This document shows positions 11,401 through 26,400 of a stretch of 64,000 nt of DNA, one piece after another. The stretch comes from Catajapyx aquilonaris (Eukaryota). A program made the translations under genes and the position numbers. The stretch lies in NCBI GenBank assembly GCA_000934665.2, contig KZ538264.1, positions 1 to 64,000 of the forward strand. Direction: 5' to 3'. Below the pieces are notes generated by a model that saw only the letters and a list, made by a program, of their open reading frames with translations, was not told the DNA's origin and ran no database searches. Position 1 is the stretch's first letter, and the number at the start of each line of letters is the position of its first letter.

Positions 11401-14400
11401 GTTCCGGGTTTCAGCTTCTAGCAATTCTCGGTTCAGCTTGGAGGCCCTTGGACCCTTGCAAATAGCCTCCCATTTGCCTTTGGAGAAAGGTGGTGGTGTG
11501 GGGGGGGGGGTATCGAAGAGGGGCAGCTTGGAGAAGCATGGTGCAAATTCTCCAATTGAATAGTCGCTTCAAGCTTGGAGCAATCGGGCTGGACTGTACA
11601 TATTATCACCATTTTGAGGGAAATTATACTAGATGAAGAAATTAAGCTAATGGTGTTGGAGCAATCATGCCAATCTAGTTTGGCGGTTATAGTGTACACC
11701 CGACAGCTTTTAACATGTGCAATTAATCTGTTATGTAATTATCCTCGTTGGTTTGCAGTGCATGAAAATTTTCCTCCATTAATTGCAAAACTATAACATG
11801 CCCCGCCGAAAAAACATCATTTGTGACAAAAAAAACGTACTTAGCACTTGCACAAAAGTTATGGTGATCATTGTAGTCCATAAATTGCCCGCTTAGCTTG
11901 GTTCTTGGACTGGTCTAGTGCTCAAGGGGGTAGAAATCGAGGCCATAATAGCGAAAAGAAATTCGATTAGCTTTGTCGTTTAGCGATTTTAGTATCGAAC
12001 ACCACCATCTCGTTTTCAATGGGTGGAATTTTAAGGTGCAGTCGTTTAGAAACCAGTCATCAACAGAAGCACTAATTGGCATAAGCGGCCGTAATGGGCG
12101 TGTAAGGAAAATTTCTCGAAACCTCATAAAAGCAAAGTGCAAAATCATGCAAGGGATACTGGGTATAATCATGGCTGCACAAAGAAAACCCAGCAGCTAA
12201 GAGATGTAATAAATTGTGCTGCTGCGGCTGGGATGGAGACAAAGACAAAATCAACACCGGTAATAAGGAGGACGTTTTCTTAAGACTGCTGGGCTGCCTG
12301 GAACAATATAGGAGCAGGAGACAAAAGACATCGTCGGTTTTGGCTTGCCTGACACGGCGTATTGATTACCGGCACAGGGGACCAGAAGAAAAAAAAGGAG
12401 GAAATTTCATTCAATTATCGACGTCGCAGTAGTTTCTTTCAGGCCGTATAGCAACGATGGAGATACCTTGGAGATAGAGGTAGCAGAAAGAGTGTCGCAA
12501 TGAAGACAGGTCTGATTCTTCGATCTGATTTTCTCCAGAGGGACGAGTGCGCGCTTATTGTGTTTGCAGTCTGTCTCAAACTTCATTTGCAATAGACAGA
12601 AGACATCGGTCTGTGTAAATTGTTTTCGGACAAGTACACCATTATTTGTACTGAACAGACAATAAAAATTGTAGCGGTTTCTGGCCAAACATGTTCTAAA
12701 ATGCAAATTCTATATAAAAAAAGTTTGGACAACTGCAGTAAAGATCCTCTATGACAAAATGCTGGTTTCCCTTCTCACAGATGCGAAGCTATAAGAGATA
12801 AAACACTGACAATGGTCGCCTCCCACAAGCATTCGTCTCTGTGTAATAGCAGTCCTCGAATAGGGAGTTATCCTATACCTGCTGGGGGGGGGGGGGGGGG
12901 NAATCCTGACGGAATGAAGGGTTTTTTCTCCCCCTCCCCCCCTCCCCTCCTGACTTGGCAGATTCAACACGCTTGACCAGCCAACATTTCCATCAAGGAG
13001 GCCTAACGATGGCGCCCATCGACCAGCACGCGAGCCGCTCATGTGTGTGATGATGGCCTAGGGCTGGACCTCACTGATCGCCCCGGGATTCCCTTTTTCC
13101 CTATCCTTGTTAACCCTCTGGCCTAGGGGCATGTAAACACTAACTAGATTTATGCGACGCTGCGGCACTAAATGGGAAGAAATCTGAATTTTTAGGATGC
13201 TAAGCTGCCATGAAGCATCAACATACTGATAACAACGAGCTTAACATGATCAGCAGTGTAAAACTGTACCGGTAATATTGTTGAAAATTGTGTTTAATAA
13301 TGACATGATCTGTGTAGAGTACCCTGACATCCTGGGTAGTATGCATCCTCACCCTTGTATCACCGGGGGTATAACCTGCAGGCGCAGAGAAATGTTCGGA
13401 AATGTTACCAAGGGCAATGTACGGTACTGTATTTCTACATTTCTCTATTCTGCATGTACCGAATCATGTGCGGCAAATATTGAGCGACGTAGGATGAGGG
13501 TGCAGATACGTACAACTTATACAAGCATTTGTGGGATCCACAGTGGTTCAGGGTACCATCGCACTCGTATTAACTTGAACTGATGTGATCATGACTGATC
13601 GTTGGAGGGATTTGACCGAAGGTGTTTTTATGGCGAAGATAACACAACAGTGTCATTGGAGTGCTTGCCATTGAGTCGAGAGTGTTTGTGTCAGTCATTA
13701 AACGCCCAAATGTGCTCCACGGGTACTTGGTAATACGAGTGCAAAAGAGATGCCTGGTATAAAAACACTAATTATTATCCACGTCACTAATTATTGTAGT
13801 TCGGGCTAAATATGTTGAACTTCTCCACTGTAAATCTACCCCTATATAATTATTATTGACATAGCGTATAGCCGCAGTCCATCGTTGTCCAGCCTGTCCA
13901 TCCTACCCTTAACAAGTTCGTTCACCACGTAGTCCCGCATCTCGTTGGTGGCCGCCGACACTGTCTGATGGGCCCGGAATTCCAAGTCTTTCACGTAAGG
14001 CATTCCATCCCAGAGGGGTGAGAATGGAAGGGCCATCCTATCCACCGACCAGGAAATCGGCCCCGAGCAAGTCTCCCAACATCAAGGGTAATAGCGGAGA
14101 AGAGCACTGTATTTTGCCAAGTCACGACTGCACCTGAAGGCATTTATTGACAACTTTTACAGTACAACTGGCGGCAATGGCGAATGCCATTAAACTACAT
14201 AGCATGGCGATGACTACAGAAAATCCTTCCTAACTTGTGAAGAAGCGTACTGTACAGTACATTCCCAAAGGAAGACGAAAACAATGGCTTCAGTTAGGAG
14301 ACGCTGTAATTTTCAATATTCGTATGCGTCTGCACCTCATCAAACTGATGAGCACCATCTTAGGTACTCACTTCAATATCCATGATAGACAATAGCTATA

Positions 14401-17400
14401 TACCTAAACCCGGCTTCAAGTCATTCAATCCCTTTAGTGGCGTTGGCCCCGGGGCCAAAAATGCAAGTTGAGGAATACGCGGCTCGTTCTCGTGTCAGAA
14501 TCTGAACACTTGCCTCAAGCATTTCCATGAGAGTGAATGCATATCTTTTTACCATCTCAGGCACTGATATTTTTCTCGTTTGACTATGTAGGTCAGTCTG
14601 TCAGATTCGCATAGCAGAAGTGCAAAGTAGGAAGAGCAGGGGGAGGGGGGGGGTTGTGCACGTTGGAATTTAGCATGAAGTGAAATGGGAGTTTGGAGAA
14701 GGAGATTAATAGACAGGAGCAGCCGGTTGGTGGCGCTGCTCCAAGACACATTAAGAAGCTCTCCGAGAGGATTTCACCCGCTCTAAGTGATTCATTACTA
14801 AGTCTTCTACTACTACTTAACTACTCTCTAGACTTCTCGCCTCAAGTGCCGCCTCACAACATCCTTCTCGAAGATGTCGCAGGGGAAACTTGCGATCTAC
14901 TTTCATTTCTGGGACTGTACACGGCTCTTTAACTAGTCGACAGGTAAATTATAATAGGTACATTCTCCGTACACATTACTTTTTAATTATAATGAAAGTA
15001 ATTTGCATCGCAGTTGATAAACTGCGCGCCAAATCACACCGGCACAATGGCATTATTAATTCATATGCAATGAGATGAAAAAAAAGTAGGCTAAGAAGAC
15101 ATATGCGATATGGGAGGAGATCACTCCAGTGCACATAAATTGCGCGCAAAGAATAGCGATCCAAAAATGGAACGTCAGGGAATTAGCCGTCCAGATAGCC
15201 GTTACGGCGGTTAAATATCGCAGGCGCGGAGGAAAGAGAAGAAAAAATTCAATTTCCTGCCGAAACGAGATAGAAGTACACGCAAGAGTGAAAAGGTTCG
15301 GCCCCCTTGGCTGGGATAAATTCCCAAAGCACCTGGGGAGTAGTCGCAAGAGCTGGAAAATAAATAGACTAACCTCGTTCCGTTGAAGTGACCCACGCTG
15401 ACCACTCTGTAGAGCTGCAGTTCTATCCGGAGACCTCGGTCGGCCAGGAACCGATACCAGCAGAATGCGGGTCCTTCCAACGAAGGAGACTTGATCTGGC
15501 CGAAGTTCTTACCAGACCTGGCTGCCAGTACTCGGGAGTCGAGCGTGATGTTGCACACTGAAAGTCAACACAACACCGTCAATTCAGATCCGGACATAAA
15601 TCACGCATTAAGCCTTTTAAGAGGACATTCACCGTACTCCGAGTAGACTGTAATCCTTGAGTGCATCGTTGCCAGCATAACTGTATTTACGGGGGCGATG
15701 CAGTGTGTTAGGTATCGTGCAGGGCATCAGAAACGGCCCGTGTAATAGTCCCTTAGCGACTTGGGGAAACGAGTCAAGTCAAGAAAGTGTAGAAAGAGCA
15801 GTGAGAGCGTCTTTGGTCCCGAGTGTCTCGGCCGTCCTTTTCAATCTCGCCAATATCCTGGCAGGACCTGAAATATTCATGCCTTTCTCTTACATTATTC
15901 AAAATTACGCGGGCCTTTGTGCCACGTTAGCCTCTGTCAGTGCATTACGAGACTATCTGCCCTTCTCACTCTTTCTTCTTGGAGCGTGGTTGAAAAGAAG
16001 TGGAAAGGAAGGGCCGCGAGGGACGACGCATCCGCAAAATCCTGACAGTAAAACACGTGTAATGAGAGCGGCCGCTAATGAAATCCGCTCAAATCCCAGC
16101 CAGTAGGCGAAGTTTGGGGGCCGTAAATCCACACTGCGAGAAATGGCTCATAATGAATCCTTACTAAGTCCGTGAAGGCTAAGCCGCACCCTAGAAACGT
16201 TCGCAAGACAACTCACTTCTTACATTTTTGTCTTCAGAAGTTACCCCATGCGGTACTCTAATTGGACTGTATCCGCCTGTGGTGTCCGCAACTTTTTGTT
16301 TACCCTCCTCCCACAGGGGGCGCTGCCAGGTAACTATATACTTACACGAAATAGGATTGAACAAAATCGTAATATAAGCTAATGCTTGGGTCCAGCTGCT
16401 CCGGATGATCCGGATGAGGTAAGGGCAAATCCTTGCAGATAGTTTTGGAAATGGACATCGTTCGGGCTTTTTTTTTGCTATAGCAGGAGAGGCCAGATAA
16501 GATTTGCTGGACCAGCCGAAGAGCATTAGCAAACTCGATCCAACTGAGAGAAAAATCCGGTTCCAGGATCCGGAGCCGGATAGCCACTCACTGCACCACT
16601 GCCTGTCTACAGTAGTTGTCTGACAGAATATCAAGCATCGCCTGGGTGCTGTATATACGCCGTTTTTAGTTATCATTGGTGACGCGCCTTACCATGAAAG
16701 GAAAATTGCATTTCGAGGGCTGTTTCCCGATGCGTGGCAGGCGCCAGTGCACAATACTGTATACTAATGTCAGAGAGACCCAATTATTATGCATGAAATG
16801 ATAATATGTGGTGAAAATAGGTTTGGAGGAAAAGGTTACAGGAGTGTGGTTTTTCATTTCTCCAGGGCAACAAGTGAGGGCAGAAATCCTGGATTCCACG
16901 GTGTAATAGATAAGCGAGTGGGTTGCGATCAGTCGGAGGGCATGAAATCCATGCCTGAATGTGGCTTTGTGGCAAGGAGAAGCCTCTTGCATTATTCACC
17001 ACTGCCTCACTCCTCTTTTTGACCCTTCCATGAATAATGAAAGGCCAGGCCCAGCAAATCTGCGCCAGCCTCCACCTCCCATATAGCTAGCTGGTGGTGT
17101 TCCTATACCCAGAGCTGCAGACCACTATAACTTTACCCCCTCGGATTCGAGTAGGCCTCTTCAAGGCCACCATGTTGGCCCAGATTCACGATACCAGAAT
17201 ATTTTAGCTCGATGCAGCCCTTTTACTAATTACTGCATGACTATACATTGTATAGCATACAGTAATCATGTCATGTGTCATCAGCAGTAATTATGATTGT
17301 CATCACTACAATTATTATCATTCACTGTATAGTACCTGCACCAATATGGTACTTCACTGGCACACTCTGCACTGATATTACCATTAGTTGGAGATGCATC

Positions 17401-20400
17401 TCTAGATTGCAGTAATCCAAATGCTTCATTGTAATTCCCTGATATTATTAACACATAATGTGGGCTTCGTTACACAAACCGCAGTGCAGTACAAAGGCCA
17501 GCGGAGCACTGCTTTAATCAACTTAGAACCACATTAGAGGTAGTGTAATTACGAGTATTGCTAGAGGTAACGTTACTTGAAATCCAGGATGCAAACATGC
17601 CCTTTACAGGACGAGTGTGTAAATCAGCATAAAGCACTCCAACATGAACAATTAAACTTATACCCAACTGTCATTATTATCTAGCTTGTAGCCTTCGCAC
17701 CAACCACACCCGGATTTAATTTGCAACTAAAAATTACCCTACCACAACAAGAATGACGCAGTAATCACAAAAGCGAAGTGATAAGAGTGGCGCAGTTAAT
17801 AAACAGAGTGCCGCATCTAAGTGGCCGTTCATAAATGCATAAGGTAAGATAATGCGGCATGAAACCTGCAGGCACAAAGCAGTTCGGTAATTGGTGAATC
17901 CTAGAGTGAGGTAGGGCAGTGCAGATTATTTGCGCTCGCTATGCCCGTGACAAAGTGAGTGTCCCGAGGCCCAGGTGCAAGTGCATACATATTCCGGTCT
18001 CGTGTTGCATATGCATCCAATTCCAGCCTGGCTGGGCTGGAAAAGTGGTTAAAATATCGGGTTGTGGGCGAGAGAAGTGCCGGCAGCGGCAGGAGCATGC
18101 TGCCTCTGCTCTTTGCTGCAGGGTATATACACAGGGTGTGAGAGGATAGGGAGGGGGCCCTTATTCTGCCTGCAGCTGCATTATGATGGCCTTGCTTATT
18201 AGGCTGCCGACTATCGGCCTCTGGGTGCATAATAATCGCAAGAAGAATGCGCCCCTCTCCCAAAACCCTGGCGATACGCCTCATGTTCTTGCCCCAGAAG
18301 AGAAGCTTCCTGTGAATTATGCAACAGTTATCTAGGGTAGCAGAATATAAGACTAGGAGGAGGTGGGAATTGCCTGTAGACGGTACATTCCTTGCCAAGA
18401 AAACGACTCGTCTTTGTGCATCCAAAAGGAACACACACAAAGAGAGAAAGGAGGAGGATGGACCCCCAAAAAAAGAAGAAAAGAAAAGACAGAGAGAGAG
18501 AGAATAGGGAGGTGGCGGGGGAAGGCGGGGAAAGAATTCGGCGCACGTCCTTTTATCAGATGACTGGCGATAAAAAAGTTGCCGTCTGCGCATCATTTTA
18601 ATTAAAACTTGAACCGGTGAGTGCTGCAGGGACTCTTGGCTGTCCTCCACTTCGACCTTTTTTTTCTACCATTCTGGTCCTTTCTTTTAATTCCTTTAAC
18701 ATCCTCCTCGGTGCGGCCATGTTGAAAGGAGATAAAGAAGTTTGGCACTTGTCGGGAGTCCTTATGGAAATTTCTTCCTGGGATTTCTGCACTGCTTGTA
18801 CTTCTCATCCTGCTGCTTCTCGTGGCCAAATTGGCAATTCGAATCACTATTAGAGATATTTTGGAACAATGCTTTGCTATTCCTTGGACAAGGACGCGGA
18901 TGGTCTTTTTTGCATTGGGAATAAGCTGTAATAAGCTTAATGGGTCCAACAAGGCGCACACTTCAGAGAGACTTACAGTTAGTACATAGCCTATAGCAAT
19001 CCCAGCAAACTTGACCTATCCAGTCTGATACGTACAAATTAGGCCTTGAAATGTATGAGAAGTACAGTACGTGAACATGCCAACATATGAAAGCCAGTTT
19101 TACAGTACTCTGATGTCTGAGTAATGAGATGGCTCATAGGACCCTACAATTTATGCATTGTGCAGAGGAAAGTCATAGAAATATTACGCGTATTATCAAG
19201 GCAGGAGGTAGTCTATATAAAGAGACTGACTTTTCAGTTCCACAATAGAGTAGAATGAAATTATTCAATATGTTCGGGATACTTTTTGTAGCAGAAAAAA
19301 GTTTAAAAAACGAAATATTTGCCAACTCAAGTCCAAGATTGGCGATTGGAGCTTCTCCCTCACTGGGGTGTGATGCAAGTGTCAATGACACGGTCCACCA
19401 AGGTGGATGTCGAGTTGGAGTGACGCCATTTTGAGAATGAGTAGGTTAGGATAGGAAGCATGCAGGTAGAGGGGTAAATTAATGAGTCCCATTCCCAGTC
19501 AGCTCCCGAAAGGGATTCAAGCCTTTCCTTTTGCTTTACGGATCTCATTCCTTCCTTAGTCCCAGCTAAGAATAAGGTCGGTTGGGAGGGTTGGCTCATT
19601 CGGCTGCTGCCGCCGTGAATTTCTCACGACGTAATTAGACGCATCTATTCCCATTCCAACTAACTTTCTTTACGTGGCATGCTTCCCTTCAAGTCTTCCC
19701 TATACTCCGCCAAGAATTTTCCTTCCTTCTATTCCTCAGAGTATATGCAGCTCCCACTGACCTGGACCCTGGTCCTGATGCCGCCCGTAGCTCTCGGAGA
19801 AAACCTGTCTTGAATTTCAGGCTTGAAACTGAGTACACATTTTTATGCAGTTCAACAGTGTCAAATGATTCTTTCCTAATACGTGATTATATTCATAATT
19901 GTGTCATGGAAGTTTGCATAACATTTACATGCGAAATGGGATCGTACTAAGCCATTTGTACAATGCAAACACATTTTTCATTCATTAACTCTCCTTTTAT
20001 CTTGTGCCGTCTGTTTTAATAAATTCTCAATCTATTTCAGAGCATTAGTTTCATAGACGTTGTCACATGAGCCGGCCAATATTTTATTTAGGCATAGGCT
20101 ACTTTGCACGTCATGCGGATGATGGCGTAAATATCGAAGAGATATGTGCATTGTGCAATACAGCACGAAATAAACGCTTTTTATACTCTTGAGTGAACAT
20201 TATTGACAATTATGATATTATTTGAAAGAATTTCAACTTTTCATTATTAACTCAATGTGAATTTTGATGCATATTGCTTCAGTGGAAAATTGACCCTTGA
20301 ATCTAACGTCAGCAAACATGCCCCTATAGTGTGCGTATACGTACATTCAACACATACTTCAATGAGAATCTCACAAACATTGACTCTCCTAATTGCTAAA

Positions 20401-23400
20401 TTACGCGCTGTGCAATATGAACGGCACAACTTGTTTAACACCCATCTGTTACGCTACAGTCTAGCAAGCATAAAGTTTCGAGCAGTCTGCAGGAATTTCA
20501 TCCCAATTTTGTCTGTTGTAAAACATTGCATTTTTCAATAAAAAGGGCCACAGCTCCCACACTGTTGCGGTACTAAATCAAACCGGCCTTCTTCGTCGAT
20601 GCGAACAGTCAACAACATAATGAAGCAACATGCATCTCAAGCAGGGTTGAAACTACGAGAGGAAATGCACGGCTCGAATGGCAAGGGAAAGTGACTTATG
20701 ACTATGGCTGGTGTGTTCGGCTAGTGAGGCAAAGCCCCGTATTCAATCAAGTCGAAGAAAATGTGGAGAGTCAGGGTGGTGGATGAGTGGATGGAGTGTG
20801 CGAAACCACAAGATGGGCTGGACGATTTTTTTCTCTTACTTCCTCTCCCCCTCATGGACTAATCCAGACCCTTTGTGCTGGTGAGGTGGTGGTGACAAAA
20901 GCGCTGGGATAATTTGTCTAAAGTGAATTTTCACCTCGCGGGACGCGAAAGGGAGGGAAAGAAGAAAGGAAGGAAGGCGATTTGGCTCCATCCAACCGAG
21001 CAGAGCTAGAGAAGGGCAAAAAGGAATAAGAGAGAAGAAAAAAAGCACCAGTGCACCACCATCAGCAGAAGAAAACCTGCTGGAATAGCGTATGAGAAAA
21101 TCACGAGACAGAACCAATAAAAACCTAGAAGGGAAAGGACGCGTTTGGGTAGAAAAATTATGTAAAACATTAAGTCGCAATTGGGCCGCAACTTTACATT
21201 CATTAGGTCCTAGGAGGAAGGAAGACGTTTTGTGGGCCTCCAAGGGTGGAAGCTCCCGGATTAAACATGAAGGAGGAGGAAAGGAGGGTGGGTGGGTGTG
21301 GGCCTTCGAGGCTCGCCAAATGCGGCCCTAGAGGCACAACTTTTGTGCCAGCAGCCACCCTTCTTTACCTATCCAACCACCAACAACTTATGATGTGAAC
21401 CCCCTCGTATATCGATCCGGACCAAGAGTAAACCGACCTAGCAGCAGTAGAAAATCAAACAGTTATTTTCTCCAAACTCAACGTATGGCCCAAGGAGCTT
21501 TCCAACGCACATAATGGAAACTGTAATGTAGCTCGCCAAACAAACAGGCCATATTAAATTGCAATTTGAACTTAACAGGAAGGTCCAATCATTTAGCGAG
21601 TATATACTGTACACAGATATTGATAGGACATGTTGCCACATGTTGAGCCGGCATTATGCAGAAGAGTCCAGGAGTGGTTTTGTCTGGGAAAAGCTTTGTC
21701 TTTGGAGGGAAGGGTAGAAGCCGAGTAATCCTGTGCGGAGGCAAAGCTGTCACGTCGCGAGTTGGGTAGCACCACGTCAACCTTGTCTGCTTCCGAACGA
21801 GCCAAGCATAGCATAGTTTACGAGTGAGACACGTGGGAAGGGCGCAGACTCCAAAATGGATGAGAGCCCGCCGACATTCCTTCACCTGAACGCCCATCAA
21901 TTAGCACGGCGATAAGAAGCTTAAGTAAGTGCACCTGTTGCCCAACATCCGCTCACCTGCTGCTAATAGGATGGCGCATGGAAGGTACGAGCTTTGTTCA
22001 CCTGATAGCCTGCCAATAGCTTCACTGTGGCAAATAGGACAAAAAAAAAAAGTGCGAACGCCCCCGACAATGGCGCGGGTTGACAGCCTCGTCCTATCTC
22101 GGCGAGTCATTGCCGGCTGTGACAAGTGAATGGATATGACAACCCCAGGGGGCCCAGCGTGGCTCTTCCCGTCTCCTGGATGACAAATGCGACACTGGAG
22201 TCGCATCTGGCAGCAGGGCTTCCACTTTACCGCCCGTCGGTCGCTGCTCCACAAACCGCCATTTTGTGGTGCTATTCCGGACGCCTCAAAATGGCGCGTA
22301 TAAGACGCGCTCCAGGAGGTGGCTAGGCTTGGCCAGAATTATGATTTGTTGGTGAAATGGGCCAAATGATTATTTGTACTTACTATTGTCGCAATGCTGC
22401 TCGAGTCCGCATTGGGCGCACCTGTTGGGTGCTGCTCGGTTGCAATGGCAGCCTCCATCCGGTACGCAGCATGCGCAGTCTGACCTGCTTAGGTCGAAGG
22501 GGCAGGTGCAACCCGATGCCCGCTGGGTCCACATATCCACCTGACCTGAAAACGAGGACACAAAAGGCTCATTCATCACGCTTAACGTGGCCGTTCTCCG
22601 ACGATGATTTTCTAGCCTCACGCCAACAAAACTACCAGACGATCAATATATTGGAATTATCCCCTCACTAAAATCATCCCTTGTACCCACACACATGCCC
22701 GCGCTTGTGTGTGCAAGTGAACGCGATATTGCACATTCAACCCCCCTCACCACTACCCACCCATTCGCCACTCTCCCAGTAAATACCTTAATTGGGAGCA
22801 GCGAACTCTGCAGCACAGGATTTCATATCTGCAACATTACCATACCAATCACCCCTGAACAAAAAAGAAAGACCTAATTTGTGACACTAAAACTTACTTT
22901 CTGGAATTAATTATTACCCAGCGATATCGCAACCAGATGAGATGGTCCAAACTCGTTTTCTCCCACTGAAAAAAACTCAGGTTTGTGGCAAAAAAAGGCG
23001 CAAACTAATTAACGTAATACTTGCTCACTCCGCGTATTTAATCGCAAAGAACAATCGAATTACAACAATAAAATTTCAGCAAAGAGGTAAAGATGAGCAA
23101 AACACCAGACCGACCGCTGGGCAAATGGCGCATCGATTTGATGGCAATGCCATGAGGTTATCGCGGTTATCATTAGCACGTTTTCCCCAACCCACACTGC
23201 AACTCGCACACAATACTGCTAAATACACCTGCGGGACTTTTTTGCTGATTGTGGGTGCAAATTTCACCACCCGGGACGCACAAGTCAGCGGTTTTGTGGA
23301 AACACTACAATGCACTCCCATCTGATTTGACCCTGTCCTGTTTCCTAATATATCTGAAACTCGATTTTCTTTTTTTTGGGAAGGGTACATCCGGCTAAAA

Positions 23401-26400
23401 GCTGACCCCACCGGAAGGTACTAATTTATGGAAAGTCCTGCCCCCATTTCCATGTGGGAGATACGTTGAGACTAGGGTGTCCGGATTCGGATGCTGCTCG
23501 ACTAACCGAATCGGAGGCGGGAGATGAGGCTCTCCGCAAACCGGATGCGGTTCCCAAGCTCCGTTTCACACACAAGAGGAGTATGGCTTTCCTCGGACGT
23601 CGCAGGAAGTCATCCTTTTACCCATCTTTTTCCTCCAGACCATTCTTCTGCTCCCTCTTTTCCTTTCCTGTCCGCTGCAGAAAACATCTATCTATAAGAA
23701 TGGACTCAATAGATATCCACTCGGCTGCCCAATACAGAAACAATACGAGTCTTCTGCTGGACCAGCACAAATCTCCTCTCGAAAGTATTATTTTGTTCCG
23801 GAATCACCCTCGATTCATTACAGGATGCGGAGTATTGATTGGGAAAGTAAAAATGCTAGAGAGGGTGTTTCGGAAATTATGTGGGCGTTGAAAAATGATT
23901 CGCATTTGCAAATGATGCTGTAAAATAATAGGGGGCGATTACGCATGGAGCGTGAAACATGGGCAAACATAACTTATGGGGTGAACAGTAGAAACACAGT
24001 GGAATCAGTGACGACTTAACTGACATTTAAAAATTGTTTGGGGCAGGCCATTGCCGGGTTGAATTGTCAAGTTATGCGCTTCATGACTCATTATTCAAAA
24101 GCTCTGATTTTTGCACCTCCATGGTTGATGCGACAAAAAAAAGTGTTGGAAAATTAAACTGGAAATGTGGGTATTACATAACAGATGTTCTGGGTCCCAT
24201 AATGGCGCAGGTCATTGGAATGAAAAGGGTCGCCAAGAGTCTCAGGGAATTTGCTTGGCACAAAAGAGCCAGTGGAGTGTGAAGGAGCTGACTTGACACC
24301 GAGTCATCAAGATCTCAACGTGTCCATTGCTGCCACGCGGGGTCCCCCTTCTACAGTATTTTCATTTTTTTCTCTCTTCCTCTCCTACAACTGTCACAGC
24401 AGTTCCAGCAGACTTGGCAGCTTTTCCAAGGTGTTGAAATAATCTGGCTCCCAGCTCTTGTCTCCTCTTATCGCCTTACGAAGGGTATTATAGCCAAAGG
24501 AGATACCTTGAACATGTCGGGTCACCTTATGGGAATTGTTTCATTAAGCTGGGTATTAGCTTACGATCTGTTTTCAGCCAACCTGCAGTAGGAAGGAACA
24601 AACTGCAACGTCAGACTAGGGTTTAAACAATACATCGATTCGAGTATGCAGAGAAGTTAACTCCTGCGCGTTAGCCTTTCTGGTACACAGAAAAGCGGCA
24701 AAGGTTGCCTCCGACCTACAGCTAGGATAAGAATTTCATTTGACTAAGTGCATTCTAAGCAGGGTGGACAATAAGAACCTTGTTCAAGAAGATGGGACAT
24801 TATCATAAATATGAGTGCTCGACACATACTGAGTGACTATTAGTGACTTGAACATACCATGGTCAATAGACTTTTGCAGTTCACTAAAGGGAGCAAGCTG
24901 TTGGCTGGAAAGAGGAGTTAACAAACGGCTCTTTTTATCACGAGAAACTGGACACGTAGTCCATTTCTCTCTGGCTTGAAATATGCTTCTGAGCAGAGAG
25001 GGCCACACCGTATGGCGTGACCCAAATTATGTGAGTTCAGTATCAATTCACATCATAATGAATAATGGTGCTGTGGAGCTATTTTCGCCATTTATTTTTG
25101 AAGCCACTTTGCTCTGCCTCTTAGCCGCGCAACGATAAATGATGGCAATGCTGTTGCTTTAAAATTACAGCACCTACTGTCTGTTTCCAACTCTCTTCTA
25201 TTATGCAAATAATGTCTGAACGCTGTCCTAGCCAGATTATTTCTCCGTAACGTGACGTAATTACGTAGCAGGATACACTTCGACACTTTTAGGACGCACC
25301 TGATAAGCAAGTTGCAGGAAACGTATACTAAATGGCCCTCCCTTATTTGCCAACAAGTCTGAACATATATAGGGCATGGAGCCGTGATCATTAAAAACAT
25401 ACTGCGAAATGAAATTTGCAAACGCACCGAAGCAGATATTATTCGCTCCTCCTAAATCAGCGTAATAAAAGTTGGGGACTTGGAGAGCACTTTCCATGCA
25501 ACAAATGGATGGCTGTCAAACTTATCTATGCGCCAATCTCCTCCTCCGGGTAACATTTTATCACCGTTGGGGTTAAAACACACTAGGTCCAACTCGGCAT
25601 ACCAAATGCAAAAAAAATCCCACCCTGGCGCACCCACCCCAGAAATTTGGGCCTCATAAAAGCTACGTTTCGAAAACCCCACACGATTTCAACGCGTCGT
25701 AAAAAAAGAAGCTTGGGGGGTGGTGTACAGGAGCAGGGGATGTCGGTGTCGTAATGTCACCTTCATCTGGGTGACTGTTTTTTACGAGAAGGGAGGGTCG
25801 TTGCATGATTAATGTCTGGCCCGCAGGTCATTAGAAGATTCGGGTCGCGTCGCTAGGAAGGTGCCAGAGGTCATCATCCGGGGATTACTTTCCACACGAC
25901 CTTTGGGACCCACCAAAAAAAACAAGCGAAAAGAGAGAAAAAAATATAAAAAAAACGAAAGGAAAAGGTTTGGCTGCCCTAGCTTCGTTACTGCCTCACT
26001 GAACTGGGAAAAGGAGGGTGGCAAATTCAATTTATTTTCTCCACTCACGTAACAAAGAGTACGACACGCCGATTGGGGCCTACCCAACCTGTTAGGTACA
26101 AAGAGCATTCAAGACTAAAAAAAACATTTTCAACCAGATCAATTTTTTCGCCACCCCTGAAAATCCAGGCCAACTCAGCCAAATTACAGTGCAGATTTTG
26201 CCTGTTTATTTTTCAGGCCTGCTCCTTGGCCAAAAATGAAACAACATAAGTCAGGCATGATTTGGGCCAAGCTAACACTACAAAATATTTTTCCCAACAA
26301 GGGGATGTTACTAACGAGGATCTATAGACCTAGAAAATTTCCTCCCCTCCCCTATCCTCCTCCCTCTTTGCTCTTACCCTTCCCCCCAGCCCCTCACAAC

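Noticed and set aside
13561..13742. 12-bp inverted repeat GCACTCGTATTA / TAATACGAGTGC
   Set aside because: Too short, with no TSD or internal symmetry to support a MITE call.
14723..16325. CTCF-like motifs (CCGGTTGGTGGCGC, CCCACAGGGGGCGC)
   Set aside because: Each mismatches the core consensus, and isolated partial matches are expected in 64 kb.
17901..18650. 249-aa ORF and other 100-185 aa ORFs in the large introns (e.g. 47975-48532, 52822-53208)
   Set aside because: Low-complexity or non-protein-like composition, no recognisable motif and no consistent splice chain.
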